DNA of 57,756 nucleotides, from sequence record OQ955832.1; one strand, written 5' to 3'. Positions within the stretch are counted from its first letter, which is position 1; each line of letters starts with the position of its first letter. The notes beneath the pieces were generated by a model. The model had not been told where the DNA came from. It saw only the letters and a program-made list of their open reading frames with translations, and made no database searches. The DNA comes from Escherichia phage vB_EcoS_PJ16. Position numbers and translations under genes: made by a program. Shown piece by piece: positions 17,881 through 26,623 of this stretch.

Positions 17881-17928
17881 TATACGTAAAATAATTCTTG
17901 ACGGATTACACCGACACAAATACCCTGT
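17880..17928 (+). promoter_or_regulatory. sigma70-type promoter with UP element (conserved family), right arm of divergent pair
   Basis: TAAAATAATTCTTGACGGATTACACC; -35 17898-17903, TACCCT at 17921-17926. Confidence 0.55.
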
Positions 17929-17956
17929 GGTTAAGAAAACAAGAAGGGTTGAATGT

Positions 17957-18304
17957 ATGAATCCGAACATCAGAGTTGCTACAGACGAATTCATTCGTCG
18001 CGCCCGTAAAGTTCACGGTGATCGTTACGACTACTCATTCAGCATTGTTGAAGATAGTTCCAGCACAGTGGTTATTATTGACTGTGAAACTAACACAGTG
18101 TTTTTCCAGGTTGTCGCTGAACATCTGGACGGTGTTGAACCAGTAACGACTGCTGTTGAACCAGTAACGACTGCTGTTGAATCGATCAAGAATCTTTCTG
18201 AGACATTCGGTAACGTTGCAAACAGCGTGTATCACCAGTGCAATTATTCATCTGAAATGTTAGAATTTAGTCATGTTGAAACAATACGAGGACAATCCCC
18301 GTGA
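17957..18304 (+). CDS. Hypothetical protein with degenerate zinc-ribbon-like N-domain and VEPVTTA repeat
   Basis: Track ORF 17927-18304 trimmed to ATG 17957; DEFIRRARKVHGDRYDYS matches N-domain of 26624-27235 protein but lacks Cys ligands. Confidence 0.45.
   Translation: MNPNIRVATDEFIRRARKVHGDRYDYSFSIVEDSSSTVVIIDCETNTVFFQVVAEHLDGVEPVTTAVEPVTTAVESIKNLSETFGNVANSVYHQCNYSSEMLEFSHVETIRGQSP
18134..18175 (+). repeat. 21-bp tandem repeat x2 (in-frame, VEPVTTA)
   Basis: gttgaaccagtaacgactgct repeated exactly. Confidence 0.8.
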
Positions 18305-18711
18305 TTAACGTAAAAGTTAATAAGGTTGACAACTCACTACGTATGGTATTCGGTTGGGGTAGTATCTGTAAAAAACGTAATCAGGAGACAGGTCAGTTAG
18401 AAATTTACACAGACACGGACAACGAGCAATTTCCCGAGGATGTCACTCTGAAAGCATGGCTGGACTTTATGAATTCTGACCAGCGCATCATGGACAATAT
18501 GCACAATGAACAACCTGTTGGGAAAGTTGTGTTTGCGTTCCCGATGACTGAAGACATTGCGGCAAGTTTTGGGCTGGTTGATAAACTGGATCAGACAGGC
18601 GTCATTGTTGGTACGTTGATAACTGATGACGAAGTTTTGAAAAAGTTTCAGACTGGTGAATATACGGGATATAGTATCGGTGGAACTGCATATTATGAGG
18701 ATGTGGAATAA
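18301..18711 (+). CDS. Hypothetical protein (possible prohead protease)
   Basis: Track ORF with GTG start overlapping upstream stop; location before scaffold-like gene; no catalytic motif confirmed. Confidence 0.35.
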   Translation: MINVKVNKVDNSLRMVFGWGSICKKRNQETGQLEIYTDTDNEQFPEDVTLKAWLDFMNSDQRIMDNMHNEQPVGKVVFAFPMTEDIAASFGLVDKLDQTGVIVGTLITDDEVLKKFQTGEYTGYSIGGTAYYEDVE

Positions 18712-19970
18712 TGCGTACAGATGGTACTAATCATTTACGCCGCGCTAAATCGATGAAGATCGGTTTTCTGTCCGGCGTGACAAAACCTGCTCACGAGGGA
18801 GCAAATGCTCTTGTTCTTAAATCACATTCAGAACCGCCTGCCGTTGCTCTTTTAAAGTCAACATTCAGTGCAGCACTGGCTGAAAAAGAACTTGAACAGA
18901 AAGTTCGCGATTTCCTCTCTAATTCGTGGATGTTGAACGATGCGCTTTATGAAGCAGCAGAGGATATTGCAAAAGATGATTCTATTACCGATAAACAAGC
19001 AGCATTGCGTGACGCGGTAATAGAATATATTATAACGTTGCAACAGGCCGCTGGTATTTCGATGAATAAAGCGAAAGGTGGTAAAACTGAAGACGGTGAA
19101 GTTTTCCCGGCATCTGATTATGCATATGTACCAGATCCAGAAAAACCTTCAACCTGGAAACTTCGTTTAACAGCTACCCCTGGCGGTGAACCTGATGCGC
19201 GTATTGTAGGCGCTGCACTTGCTGCATTAGGTCCGGGTTATCGCGGTAACAAAGTTGAAATCCCTGACGCCGATTTAGCAGGTGTGAAAAACAAAGTCCG
19301 ATCCGCGTGGAAAAAATTACACCCGGACCAGGAAGTACCTCAAGTTTTAAAAACGGCAGAGGAAATCGAAATGTCCGAACTGGAAAAATACAAAGCCCTG
19401 GCTGAGATGAACGACGTCCATAAGGCGTATCATAATTCTCTGCCTGAATCTGATCAGGAAGCATTCCGTAAAATGGATGCGACTGCTCGCGATGCCCTCG
19501 TGACGATGGCTAAACAGGCTGATGAATCGTTTACCACGATTGCGGGTCAGGTTGTTCAGAAATCTGTAGCTGGTCCGATGTATGACGTTCTGAAATCTCA
19601 GGACGAACAACTTCGCAAAGCACAGACTGAAGCGGCACTAGCGAAAGCTAAAGAAACCGTGAACGCTGATTTCGCACATATTCCGGGTGAAATGGTACAG
19701 AAAACCCAGATGGTCATGACTCTTGAGCGTTTACCGGAAGCGGATCGTAACTTCCTGGTTGAAAAACTCAAACAGGCCGATGAACTCTGGAAAGCACGTA
19801 AAGAGCCAGCAGCGCCGAATGGCAGTGGTAAAGGTTCCAGTGCACTGGAAGACATGATCAACGAATGGCTGAAAGCAAATCCGGGTAAAACACGCACCCA
19901 GGCTATGCAGGCCGTTTCTGCAACTAAAAAAGGTCAGGAAGCAATCGAAGCGATGCGAGGTGACGAATAA
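18711..19970 (+). CDS. Capsid scaffolding protein (putative)
   Basis: 419 aa, helical and rich in A/E/K, immediately upstream of decoration-like and capsid genes. Confidence 0.45.
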   Translation: MRTDGTNHLRRAKSMKIGFLSGVTKPAHEGANALVLKSHSEPPAVALLKSTFSAALAEKELEQKVRDFLSNSWMLNDALYEAAEDIAKDDSITDKQAALRDAVIEYIITLQQAAGISMNKAKGGKTEDGEVFPASDYAYVPDPEKPSTWKLRLTATPGGEPDARIVGAALAALGPGYRGNKVEIPDADLAGVKNKVRSAWKKLHPDQEVPQVLKTAEEIEMSELEKYKALAEMNDVHKAYHNSLPESDQEAFRKMDATARDALVTMAKQADESFTTIAGQVVQKSVAGPMYDVLKSQDEQLRKAQTEAALAKAKETVNADFAHIPGEMVQKTQMVMTLERLPEADRNFLVEKLKQADELWKARKEPAAPNGSGKGSSALEDMINEWLKANPGKTRTQAMQAVSATKKGQEAIEAMRGDE

Positions 19971-20380
19971 TGGCTAAGAACAGCAAAATCTACTGGAACT
20001 ATGAGCGCCCGACCCGTGCCGTTGCATCCGTGGCTATTTCGGCAGGTGTTGGTCTTGTTCTGGATACCAGTTTAGGTGACACTAACCAATGTGTACCTAA
20101 ATACAAACTCCCAACGGCTGGCGGTCGTATTGACGGTGTGGCTGTTGATGATGTCGCAGCAGGTGTATTCTTTGATCTGGTGAATGAAAAAGAAAAATTC
20201 GTACCAGTAAAAGCCGCTGCAACGTTCGCCACAGGTGTTGAGCTTGCTGTTGGTGCTGACGGACGATTCCAGACCGCTACTGCTGAACAACTGGTTGTGG
20301 CTATTTCTCAAACTGGTGCCACTGCTGAAAACCAGGTAGTTACCGCATTACTTATTGCACCGTATTCTAAAGGAGCATAA
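19970..20380 (+). CDS. Head decoration-like protein (putative)
   Basis: 136 aa, Ala/Gly/Val-rich, directly upstream of major capsid gene. Confidence 0.35.
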   Translation: MAKNSKIYWNYERPTRAVASVAISAGVGLVLDTSLGDTNQCVPKYKLPTAGGRIDGVAVDDVAAGVFFDLVNEKEKFVPVKAAATFATGVELAVGADGRFQTATAEQLVVAISQTGATAENQVVTALLIAPYSKGA

Positions 20381-20383
20381 CCG

Positions 20384-21403
20384 ATGAGTTACAAACAGAA
20401 TTTTCGCGACGTTGGCGCACCAGATACATTCCTGTCTAACTTTTCTGTAAGTTACTGGCAGGATACATCACTGTTTGTTGGTACTCGTTATTTCCCGGTA
20501 GTTCCTGTTAATCAGGCTGCTGGTAAGTTTCTGACTTACCCGAAAGGTTATTTCGGTCGTCCGGTTAACTCCAAACGTGCCGAAGATGGTGTTGCTAACA
20601 CTATTGGTTACAAAACCAAAAACCAGGGTTACACCGTTGATGACGATGCGATCCGTATCTTCATTTCTGACAAAAAACGTGCAAACGTTCAGAACGGTCA
20701 GCAACTGGATATGGAAGCGTCTGCAGTAACCACAGATGCGTTACTGATCAATAAAGAAGTGGATTTTGCTGAAAAATTCCTGACCGCTGGTAAATGGGGT
20801 CTTGATTTCCAGGGTAAAGACACGTCTCCGTCCACGGGTCAATTCCTGAAATGGTCTAATGCGAATGCCGATCCGATTGGTGATATCCTGTCACGTCGTG
20901 TTGCGTTCTCTCTGGCATCCGGTGGTCGCCGCTGGAATAAAGCACTGATGACGCTGGACGTGTATGACGCACTGACCCGTAGCCCGGCTGTTATTGACCG
21001 CATTAACGGTGGTTCTACCACTCAGAATCCGGGGATCGTGACTAAACAGGCACTGGCTGCACTGCTGGAAGTTGACGAACTGGAAATCATGCAGTCCGTG
21101 GTTAACATGGCTGCTGATGGCGTTGAAGACGGTGACGGCAATCCGCTGTCAGACTTCCAGTTTGCTAAAACTGGTGTGCTGATGCTCAACTATGTCGAAC
21201 CGACTGTTGGTAATATGAAACCTGTTGCGGCTGCGGGCTTCGTGTGGAACGAGTTCATCGGTCTGGGTGTTAACAACGGTCCGTCTATCCGCACCTATCC
21301 GGGTGTTGAAGGTCGTCGTGGTAATTTCGTTGAAGCGGAATTTGCCATTGATGTTCAGATGGTTGCACCTGACCTGGGCGTTCTGTTCTACGACGCGGTT
21401 TAA
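20384..21403 (+). CDS. Major capsid protein (putative)
   Basis: 339 aa; strong RBS; position after scaffold; followed by terminator. Confidence 0.6.
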   Translation: MSYKQNFRDVGAPDTFLSNFSVSYWQDTSLFVGTRYFPVVPVNQAAGKFLTYPKGYFGRPVNSKRAEDGVANTIGYKTKNQGYTVDDDAIRIFISDKKRANVQNGQQLDMEASAVTTDALLINKEVDFAEKFLTAGKWGLDFQGKDTSPSTGQFLKWSNANADPIGDILSRRVAFSLASGGRRWNKALMTLDVYDALTRSPAVIDRINGGSTTQNPGIVTKQALAALLEVDELEIMQSVVNMAADGVEDGDGNPLSDFQFAKTGVLMLNYVEPTVGNMKPVAAAGFVWNEFIGLGVNNGPSIRTYPGVEGRRGNFVEAEFAIDVQMVAPDLGVLFYDAV

Positions 21404-21423
21404 TAACAACTGTGGTATTATTA

Positions 21424-21451
21424 AGGGGTGGCTTATGCTGCCCCTTTTTTT
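21424..21451 (+). terminator. Rho-independent terminator
   Basis: GC stem ggggtggc...gctgcccc then T7. Confidence 0.65.
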
Positions 21452-21466
21452 CATGAGGTTAAAATC

Positions 21467-21820
21467 ATGCGTAATTCATATGATCCGTCACTGAAATATG
21501 TTTTCACCCGTCCGATGCTGTGGAATGGTAAACAGATGTCCGCTGGCGATAAAGTATCAACATCAAAAGCTATCCCGGCTGTTTTAAATGCCCTTGTGCG
21601 TATGCGCCACATTGAACCAGCTACTGCGACCGTTGAAGAACCAGTGACTGTAGCAACCGAAGAATCGGTATCAACCACAGCTGCTGAAATCCGACGTGAC
21701 GCGCCAAAAACCTATAACGTTTATGTTATGGGTATGCCGATGAATTCAGAATCATTCAGCAGTAAAAGTGCCGCTGCTGAATGGTGTGAATCTCAAGGCT
21801 TGACATATAACTATTCTTGA
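21467..21820 (+). CDS. Hypothetical protein (117 aa)
   Basis: Track ORF 21428-21820 trimmed to ATG 21467 with GAGG RBS. Confidence 0.45.
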   Translation: MRNSYDPSLKYVFTRPMLWNGKQMSAGDKVSTSKAIPAVLNALVRMRHIEPATATVEEPVTVATEESVSTTAAEIRRDAPKTYNVYVMGMPMNSESFSSKSAAAEWCESQGLTYNYS

Positions 21821-22573
21821 CCTATTGTTAGTTGTAGATAGTTTTCGTGGCGACTTTGCGGACTTTTTAGAAACTGACCACAAAGATAAATGCAAACGAA
21901 GAACGTTTTCTGATGGCGGCGTAATAGCCTGTAAGTCAGCAAGGTCTTCCGATTCCTTGTAAATAAATTCGGCGCACTGGCCCGGTGTGATTAATAATGG
22001 GCACCCACGAATGAGAGTATTGTGATTGATCGTCGTTCTTGCGCGCAAAGTCTGCTCGAAGACAGTATTCTCATTCGTGGGTAACAACGGGCGTGTCGCC
22101 TTAGTAAATCCCTCAAGGGTGCAGCGAATAATCCGGTAATGTCGTTGCCGTAAGCCGCACGAAACGTGGCACACAACAGGTAAGAGCATTTGGTCAATGC
22201 GAAGTTATTCGCGCAGACGTAAGGCCTAATTGTCGGCAGTGCTCTTATCGTTGTGGTGAATTGCAGTTCTCAGAAACAACCAGAAGATAAGCGTCTGGCA
22301 CCACAACACAAACACTCGCTGATAAGGAGGTGATCCTTATCTTGCTGGCGGGAAAGCCGCAAATCGTGGGTAAAGCATGTTGTGAAACATCCTGAACTGC
22401 GTGTCGTTTTACATAACTGGTTATTCACGTGTCACGCATAGGGGTATGTTGGGACGTCAGGTGTGGATGACCAGTTATGTAAAACCCTCATTATCACCCA
22501 GAGCCATTTGCCGTCTGTTTAAGACGGCTTTTTTCGTGCTAATATAACGAAAACATTTCTCACAGGTGATCAC
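21821..22573. other. ORF-free structured intergenic region (about 750 bp)
   Basis: All plus frames closed; minus ORFs lack RBS; long hairpins, palindromes and a terminator at its 3' end. Confidence 0.6.
22510..22534 (+). terminator. Rho-independent terminator
   Basis: Stem gccgtct/agacggc then T6. Confidence 0.7.
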
Positions 22574-22984
22574 ATGGCTATTACAGTTGAAGGTATTCGT
22601 TATTTGATCAGTGTCCCTGATGTTACTGATGAACAAATTCAGTGGTACATTGACAACGGTTATACAAATCCTCTCAGTATTTGCGTTGCTCTCTGTGATT
22701 ATATGGCGTCTATCGCCAGCAACGATACTGATATTAAAGTAGGTCCGATCTCACTCAGCAGTAGTCAGTCAGCAGACGCCTGGAATAAACTTAAAAAAGA
22801 TTTTATTTTACGTATTAATACTGGCGCTGATTCAGGTGGTGGTTTGTTAGGTAGTTTTATGGGTGTTGGTGGAGCTACATTAACTGGCGCTGGTATGCAA
22901 CCTGCTATTCAACGTGGTCAGTTCGACAACCCACCTGTAACACTTGAAAGCGGTGGTCGTGCACTTAACGAGGGTGAACGGTGA
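22574..22984 (+). CDS. Head-tail connector protein (putative)
   Basis: 136 aa; first gene of tail-proximal block. Confidence 0.4.
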   Translation: MAITVEGIRYLISVPDVTDEQIQWYIDNGYTNPLSICVALCDYMASIASNDTDIKVGPISLSSSQSADAWNKLKKDFILRINTGADSGGGLLGSFMGVGGATLTGAGMQPAIQRGQFDNPPVTLESGGRALNEGER

Positions 22985-23358
22985 TGGCAGACAAACGTCA
23001 AAGTGTCCTGAAAGGTGTTACTCGTGCACTTGCTGAAGTAGGTGAGGATTTGACGGTAAAACGTGTGACAACAGTTCCCAACCCGTCTAATCCTACATTA
23101 CCGGGTACAACCGTTACTGAATCACACACCTGTCGTGGTTATATTTACCCATTAGAAAAATGGGATCCGACTACTATGACCAGGATAACTACGACGATGG
23201 TAATTATGGATAGTCAGAGTTTTGAACCACGATTCGTTCCCGATCGGGGGGATGTTGTGGTTGATGAACGTGGTAAAGAATATCGCCTTCTTGATCGTCA
23301 AAACCCACGATTGTTAGGTGATGATATGGCGTTTATTCACCCTGTTGGAGCTGCCTGA
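22981..23358 (+). CDS. Head-tail joining protein (putative)
   Basis: 125 aa, start overlapping upstream stop. Confidence 0.4.
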   Translation: MMADKRQSVLKGVTRALAEVGEDLTVKRVTTVPNPSNPTLPGTTVTESHTCRGYIYPLEKWDPTTMTRITTTMVIMDSQSFEPRFVPDRGDVVVDERGKEYRLLDRQNPRLLGDDMAFIHPVGAA

Positions 23359-23359
23359 T

Positions 23360-23791
23360 ATGGCTAAGGCTAACGTTAACGATATAAACCGGATAACAGG
23401 TGTCTTTAAAGACATTAAAGCTGACTTGCGAGATTTTACCGATCGTGAAGTCATCCGGTATGTCCTGACGTTACGTAATATTCTTGTCAGTGAACCACCT
23501 GACGGTACACCTGTGGATACAGGCTGGGCAAGTAACAACTGGTGGTTCGATCAGGGGCAACCCGCTAATAGTCCTGATACACCAACAGGTAATGTTGAAG
23601 CCAGTAAAGCACGTATCGAACAGGATACGGTCACTATCAGCAGTATTAAAGTTAATGGTCAGGAACTGCATATTACTAACAACGTTCCTTACATTGGGGT
23701 TCTCAATGGTGGTAGCAGTACACAGACACCTTCCGGGTTTGTCGAACGTGCTATATTAAAAGCCGGAATAATGGTGAGGTTTAATCAGTGA
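23360..23791 (+). CDS. Neck/tail completion protein (putative)
   Basis: Track ORF 23318-23791 trimmed to ATG 23360 (GGAG RBS). Confidence 0.4.
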   Translation: MAKANVNDINRITGVFKDIKADLRDFTDREVIRYVLTLRNILVSEPPDGTPVDTGWASNNWWFDQGQPANSPDTPTGNVEASKARIEQDTVTISSIKVNGQELHITNNVPYIGVLNGGSSTQTPSGFVERAILKAGIMVRFNQ

Positions 23792-24213
23792 TGACACTCT
23801 CAGATGTTTCAGGAATTGTTTATAATCGCGTTCTGGCGAATCTTCCCGTGGAAATTACACCTGACCGATTTACAATCGCTTCTGGTCAACTCCCTGATGA
23901 CACTACAGAAAAACCAGGTTTGATTCTGACACACAATCCCGGCCCGCGGACAATAACCACGCTGGGTGGGGAAGGTGTTTGTCGTCGTCGTTTAAGAACA
24001 GGAAACGTTTTTTTACAGGTACGCACACCTGCTCAGTATGGTATGGACACTTTGAGTATTGATATTGCGGATCGGCTTGCAAAATTATTTGAAGGTGTCT
24101 GGCAGGACCGCCCGTTAATTTACACGAGTGTTGATATTCGTCATCAGGGTCGTGATAACGCGTGGTTTTTAACGAACGTCGTACTTAGTTACGAATACGA
24201 AGAAATATATTAA
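23788..24213 (+). CDS. Tail terminator-like protein (putative)
   Basis: 141 aa, immediately upstream of major tail protein. Confidence 0.4.
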   Translation: MMTLSDVSGIVYNRVLANLPVEITPDRFTIASGQLPDDTTEKPGLILTHNPGPRTITTLGGEGVCRRRLRTGNVFLQVRTPAQYGMDTLSIDIADRLAKLFEGVWQDRPLIYTSVDIRHQGRDNAWFLTNVVLSYEYEEIY

Positions 24214-24249
24214 ACTACGAATGATTGCAATCAAACGAGGCTTAGAACA

Positions 24250-25707
24250 ATGGCTGAATCAATTTTTAAATGTTCGCAAACACCTGCGGCTGACGTAAAC
24301 GCAACACGACTCAGTGTGGCAAAAGTCTGTGAACCTGTTTCTGGTACACCCTGGACGGTTCAACAACCGAATGAAATCAGTTCTTACAGTGCTGATATTA
24401 CAAAGACTCAGCGTACACCGATCAGTACGGACCGATCTGCACGTAAAGGCACAGTAACTAACGTTGAAGTTGCACCGGGTTTTCAGACAGACCTGACACT
24501 TGATACGTTCCGCTACTGGGGTGACGGATTCCTTTACAGTAAATGGGTCGGTGCTGGTGCAATTGATATTGACGTTACCAGTGTTGGCGGTGACGCTTAT
24601 AACGTTACTACTCTTGATGCGGCATTACCTGAAGGTTCTCTTGTTTATGCGACAGGTTTTACACTGGCTGCAAACAACGGTTTGAAAACTGTAGGCGCTG
24701 ATAGTACCACTACAGCTATCAACGTGTCAGGGCTTACTGCCGAAGCGTCACCGCCTGCTGAAGCTCGTTTGTATCTCGTGGGCTATGCAGCAACGTCTGG
24801 TGATATCGCTGTTAACAGTAATGGTCAGTTGACGTCTACCACCCTGGATTTTTCCACACTGGGTTTAGTACCTGGTCAGTATATTTATATTGACGGTCTA
24901 ACACAGTCGGTTACCAGTAAAATGGCCCGCGTGACTATGGTTGGTGATCATGTTCTGACTCTCGCTAACAGTGAATTCACCACTGAAGAAGGTACGGGTA
25001 AAACTGTACGTTTATTTGTTTCCAGTTTTGTTCGAAACGTTCCTGTTGACTCTGCAGAGTTCGTTAAAACTGAATACACAATGGAAGCACGTTACAACAC
25101 GACACCTGTCATTTATGAATATGCGCGTGCTGTAGCTGCAAATCAGATGACGATCAACGCGCCGTTGACTGAAAAAATGACAATGGATCTGACGTTTGTC
25201 GCACAAGACTTGTCAGCACCGTCAGAAACCGCGTTACCGGGTTCCGGGTATATTGAATTCGTGGCTAACGAAGCGTACAACACCGTAACGAACCTGAACC
25301 GTGTACGACTGACCGGGATTGATGATAGTGGACTCAGTACGTTCCTGAAAGACGTTACTGTCTCCGTGAATAACAACGTGTCAGGTGAAAACGTGCTGGG
25401 CGTGATGGGTGCTGCGTTTACCAACATCGGTAACCTGGAAATCACGATGGAAACTGAAACGGTGATGACGGATGGTGCTGTATTGGCTGCGATCCGTAAC
25501 AACGCGACCGTTAACTTCGAACTTGCTGGGGTAAACGGTGATGGTGCAATCGTGGTTAACATTCCTGCGATGACACTGGGCGACGGTTCTAAGAACCTGG
25601 CAACTGGCGAAAAAGTGAAAGTTACTGTCAGTGGTAATGCTCACGAAGAAGAATCGATCGGCTTTATGATTGGTTTCAGCTTGTTCCCGTACTTGCCTAC
25701 AGCATGA
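24250..25707 (+). CDS. Major tail (tube) protein (putative)
   Basis: 485 aa, Thr/Val/Gly-rich; position before chaperone pair and tape measure; terminator follows. Confidence 0.55.
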   Translation: MAESIFKCSQTPAADVNATRLSVAKVCEPVSGTPWTVQQPNEISSYSADITKTQRTPISTDRSARKGTVTNVEVAPGFQTDLTLDTFRYWGDGFLYSKWVGAGAIDIDVTSVGGDAYNVTTLDAALPEGSLVYATGFTLAANNGLKTVGADSTTTAINVSGLTAEASPPAEARLYLVGYAATSGDIAVNSNGQLTSTTLDFSTLGLVPGQYIYIDGLTQSVTSKMARVTMVGDHVLTLANSEFTTEEGTGKTVRLFVSSFVRNVPVDSAEFVKTEYTMEARYNTTPVIYEYARAVAANQMTINAPLTEKMTMDLTFVAQDLSAPSETALPGSGYIEFVANEAYNTVTNLNRVRLTGIDDSGLSTFLKDVTVSVNNNVSGENVLGVMGAAFTNIGNLEITMETETVMTDGAVLAAIRNNATVNFELAGVNGDGAIVVNIPAMTLGDGSKNLATGEKVKVTVSGNAHEEESIGFMIGFSLFPYLPTA

Positions 25708-25727
25708 CATGGTGGATGGTAGTGATT

Positions 25728-25751
25728 GCCCGGTTAACGCCGGGCTTTTTT
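25728..25751 (+). terminator. Rho-independent terminator
   Basis: Stem gcccgg/ccgggc then T6. Confidence 0.7.
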
Positions 25752-25812
25752 GTTGCGTAATTTGTACAGAACTATTATTATCTAATCGTCTAATACATAA
25801 AAGGTAAAAACC

Positions 25813-26235
25813 ATGTCAAAGTTTGACCATCTGAAAAAAGCACTTTCCCCATTAGTGCTGAAGTCTTCTGCTGAACTGATTTTAAATGAAAATTTCAGTA
25901 TCACTGTGTTGAACCTGAACACCGCTAATCAGGTATATAACGTAACAGTCGCGGACTATGTAAAACAAAACGGTGTGTTGTCTGAAAACTTCTTTGAAAA
26001 ACTGTGGAATCAGGAATATACACCAGAAGGTGTTAAGTTCGTGGCTAACGTTCTTATGCTGGACTGGAAACTGATTGGTGAAGATGACAAACCGGAACCA
26101 TTCAGTGTTGAAGAAGCTATTGAACTGTTAAGTGATGAACGTTTTGGTCAGGTGATCTACAGTCGTGTTATTCAGTTCGCAATTAATTCCGCATTCTTCA
26201 AGGACGAATGGGAAAAACAGATTGAAAAAAACTGA
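25813..26235 (+). CDS. Tail assembly chaperone (G-like)
   Basis: 140 aa, acidic; ends with slippery heptamer A_AAA_AAC just before stop. Confidence 0.6.
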   Translation: MSKFDHLKKALSPLVLKSSAELILNENFSITVLNLNTANQVYNVTVADYVKQNGVLSENFFEKLWNQEYTPEGVKFVANVLMLDWKLIGEDDKPEPFSVEEAIELLSDERFGQVIYSRVIQFAINSAFFKDEWEKQIEKN

Positions 26236-26531
26236 TCGACTTCCTCTTGTGGAACGATAAGACAGACGGGGACGACCTGGACTGGGTTACACAAGGGGCG
26301 GCTGCACGTGGTATATCTGTTCCGGTTGTTGTACAGAAACGACCTAGATTGCGACCTGATGCTATATTTTTTTGGAATGCTTACGTGGATCTGATGGAAG
26401 CTGATTGGGTTGCTTGTGAGCGATATGCACGGGTGTATAACGTTGATGTACAATTCCTATGGAAATTATTGGTAGCGTTGCGGTCTGCACGTGTTGTCGA
26501 GATGAAGAAAAATAAACACAAGCCCGGTTAG
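26226..26531 (+). CDS. Tail assembly chaperone -1 frameshift extension (GT-like)
   Basis: -1 frame opens at 26226 within the heptamer and runs to 26531; track ORF 26247-26531 is the same frame. Confidence 0.5.
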   Translation, partial: KKLIDFLLWNDKTDGDDLDWVTQGAAARGISVPVVVQKRPRLRPDAIFFWNAYVDLMEADWVACERYARVYNVDVQFLWKLLVALRSARVVEMKKNKHKPG

Positions 26532-26544
26532 TTCCGGGCTTTTT
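26519..26544. terminator. Bidirectional rho-independent terminator
   Basis: Stem agcccgg/ccgggct with U-rich tracts on both strands between convergent genes. Confidence 0.65.
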
Positions 26545-26623
26545 CATTTATGTAGTCGAGGATTGCAGGAGAGTATTTAAACCACTCTGTAGCACCGTCA
26601 AAACCTTTAAGACGCGCGTTAAG

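Noticed and set aside
21752-22197. Minus-strand ORFs (145 and 68 aa) in the ORF-free region
   Set aside because: No RBS or promoter, odd composition, and they cut across strong secondary-structure elements; the region is treated as non-coding.
22321-22341. 16S rRNA gene fragment
   Set aside because: Identity to the 16S 3' end is only 13-14 nt within a hairpin; no flanking rRNA-like sequence.
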